Assembly: GCF_004015185.1 (NCBI RefSeq)
Contig: NZ_CP025746.1
Location: 1,441,776 to 1,505,775 of the forward strand
Length of the DNA: 64,000 bases
Direction of reading: 5' to 3'
DNA from: Clostridium manihotivorum
GTDB lineage: Bacteria > Bacillota > Clostridia > Clostridiales > Clostridiaceae
In this document: one piece after another, positions 62,334 to 64,000 of the stretch
How positions within the stretch are numbered: position 1 is the stretch's first letter
How the letters are laid out: every line of letters starts with the position of its first letter
Made by a program: the position numbers and the translations under genes
The notes under the pieces: generated by a model
What the model saw: the letters and a program-made list of their open reading frames with translations, nothing else
What the model was told of the DNA's origin: nothing
Database searches by the model: none

Positions 62334-63137
62334 TTGATTGAATTGAAAAACATATCTAAGTCTTTTAAAGTCTTTAGAAGGAGTCCAGGATTTACAAAGG
62401 CTTTTAAATCACTTTTTAAAAGAGAGTATGATTTGGTTAGAGCACTGGAGGATGTATCTTTTAAAATTGATGAAGGAGAGATGGTAGCTTATATTGGACC
62501 TAATGGTGCAGGAAAAAGTACTACTATTAAGATAATGAGCGGCATATTAAATCCCGATAGTGGTAGTTGTGTCATAAATGGGAAGGTGCCTTGGAAAAAT
62601 AGAATCGATTATGTAAAGGACATCGGAGTTGTTTTTGGACAGAGGTCTCAACTTTGGTGGGATGTACCTGTTGAGGATTCCTTCGAATTGCTTAAGGACA
62701 TATATAAAATTCCCTATAACCAGTATAAAAGTAATAAAGCTATGCTTACTGATTTGTTAAAGCTTGAGGATATAATAAAAACTCCTACTAGGCAGCTGAG
62801 CCTAGGTCAAAGAATGCGCTGTGAGATAGCAGCATCACTTCTTCATAGTCCAAAGATATTATTTCTAGATGAACCAACCATAGGTTTGGATGCAGTTTCT
62901 AAAATAGCAGTAAGAGATTTTATAAAGACAATAAATAAGGAAAAGAAGACTACTGTTATACTTACCACCCATGATACCCAGGATATTGAGGCTCTATGCA
63001 AAAGGATGATACTTATAGGAAAAGGAAAAGTGCTTTTGGATGGCAATTTTGAAGAGTTAAAGCATGAGTTCAGTGAAGGCGGAGAACTGAACATAGATGA
63101 AGTTGTAGTAAAGATGTATAAGGAGTACAACGTATGA
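62334..63137 (+). CDS. ABC transporter ATP-binding protein
   Basis: Walker A GPNGAGKST, signature LSLGQRMR, Walker B ILFLDEPT. TTG start after RBS gggagggctgag. Confidence 0.85.
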   Translation: MIELKNISKSFKVFRRSPGFTKAFKSLFKREYDLVRALEDVSFKIDEGEMVAYIGPNGAGKSTTIKIMSGILNPDSGSCVINGKVPWKNRIDYVKDIGVVFGQRSQLWWDVPVEDSFELLKDIYKIPYNQYKSNKAMLTDLLKLEDIIKTPTRQLSLGQRMRCEIAASLLHSPKILFLDEPTIGLDAVSKIAVRDFIKTINKEKKTTVILTTHDTQDIEALCKRMILIGKGKVLLDGNFEELKHEFSEGGELNIDEVVVKMYKEYNV

Positions 63138-63937
63138 GACCCTATATATCTTTCTTAAAAATAAGATTTATCAATGGTCTTCAATACAGATCTGCAGCTT
63201 ACGCAGGTATAGTAACTCAGTTTGCTTGGGGCTTTATGTATATAATGCTGTATCAAGCTTTTTATAAAAGCGGTTCTTCAAAAGTGCCTATGGATTTTAA
63301 GGAGCTTTCTAGTTATATATGGCTTCAACAAGGCTTTTTAGCACTATTTATGACTTGGTTTCTAGAAAACGATATCTTTGATTTGATAAGTAGTGGCAAT
63401 GTGGCTTATGAACTAATAAGACCTCTTGACTTGTATAATATATGGTTTACTAGAAATTGCGCTACTAGATTGGCTAAGGCAGTGCTTAGATGCTTCCCGA
63501 TTCTTATTATTGCATTATTTTTACCAGAGCCCTATAGATTCCATGGTCCATATTCAATGGAGAGTGCAATATTCTTCTTTATATCGATGACATTGGCTTT
63601 CATATTAGTGGTTGCTTATTGTATGCTTATATATATTTTTACCATGTATACTATATCTCCGATGGGTATACGAATGGTTTTAGTAATGCTGGCTGATTTT
63701 CTCGCAGGTGGTCTTGTTCCGTTGCCTTTATTACCAGATTATTTTACAAAATATATTAATTTATTGCCTTTTGCATTTATGCAAAATACTCCCTTTAGAA
63801 TATATAGTGGTAATCTTCCTGCAACAGATTGTTTAAAAAGTATATTGCTCCAGCTAGTTTGGTTAGGGTTATTAGTTATTCTAGGTAAAGTAATAATCTC
63901 AAGAGCCCTAAAGCATGTAGTAGTACAAGGAGGTTAA
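63134..63937 (+). CDS. ABC-2-type transporter permease
   Basis: Overlapping start and six hydrophobic helices. Confidence 0.65.
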   Translation: MRPYISFLKIRFINGLQYRSAAYAGIVTQFAWGFMYIMLYQAFYKSGSSKVPMDFKELSSYIWLQQGFLALFMTWFLENDIFDLISSGNVAYELIRPLDLYNIWFTRNCATRLAKAVLRCFPILIIALFLPEPYRFHGPYSMESAIFFFISMTLAFILVVAYCMLIYIFTMYTISPMGIRMVLVMLADFLAGGLVPLPLLPDYFTKYINLLPFAFMQNTPFRIYSGNLPATDCLKSILLQLVWLGLLVILGKVIISRALKHVVVQGG

Positions 63938-63939
63938 AA

Positions 63940-64000
63940 GATGAAGTTATATTTTAAATACTTCTTTATGCACTTAAAATCTGCAATGCAGTACAAGACT
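63940..64000 (+). CDS. 5' end of a further ABC permease gene (continues beyond window)
   Basis: ATG at 63940 (MKLYFKYFFMHLKSAMQYKT...) directly after the upstream stop. Confidence 0.4.

Noticed and set aside
1-64000. CRISPR arrays, tRNA or rRNA genes
   Set aside because: No regularly spaced direct repeats with unique spacers. No cloverleaf-compatible GC-rich 75-90-nt segments with CCA-type ends. No rRNA-like sequence was seen on either strand.

Overview
This is a low-GC, Clostridium-like (Firmicutes) chromosomal segment; that placement is inferred from base composition, RBS style and sporulation-type small proteins. It mixes housekeeping and metabolic genes with a mobile/defence-rich accessory region, reading left to right as follows. 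(i) An operon of three bacterial dynamin-like GTPases, a tandem-repeat coiled-coil protein and two small ORFs (568..8549). (ii) A divergent sigma-70-family factor and LysM amidase pair. (iii) A beta-class DNA methyltransferase divergent from a McrB-like AAA+ / McrC-like nuclease pair, where the McrB-like gene appears split by an IS630-family insertion. (iv) A ~600-nt GC-enriched noncoding stretch with nested long-range helices, a candidate structured RNA. (v) A three-gene operon encoding a GHKL/HATPase_c kinase-like ATPase, a RES-domain (NAD+-targeting toxin fold) protein and a STAS-like protein. This is my best candidate for an undescribed partner-switch-regulated defence/abortive-infection module. 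(vi) An XRE regulator, a frameshifted small ORF plus a Panacea/DUF4065 antitoxin-like gene, and a mirror-symmetric cluster of DUF1659, DUF2922 and YvrJ-like small proteins. (vii) murI, a 2H phosphoesterase and a HExxH protein. (viii) Two near-identical IS607-family elements in direct orientation bracketing ~19.5 kb. Each carries an internally deleted serine-recombinase tnpA. One has an intact tnpB and one a frameshifted tnpB, and each has a conserved right-end omega-RNA region. (ix) Between the IS copies lie an SPFH/zinc-ribbon/TM2 membrane-stress-like module, a PRD regulator, an IS1182-family transposase pseudogene, sugar-related enzymes, an NlpC/P60-ricin hydrolase, a P-type ATPase, a Q-rich protein and a DsbA-like protein. 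(x) After the second IS come a molybdopterin oxidoreductase, an MCP, an Hsp70 with a degenerate J-domain TPR partner, a T-box-regulated membrane transporter and an ABC transporter. No CRISPR array, tRNA or rRNA was seen. Several dispersed intergenic sequence motifs are reported as findings.
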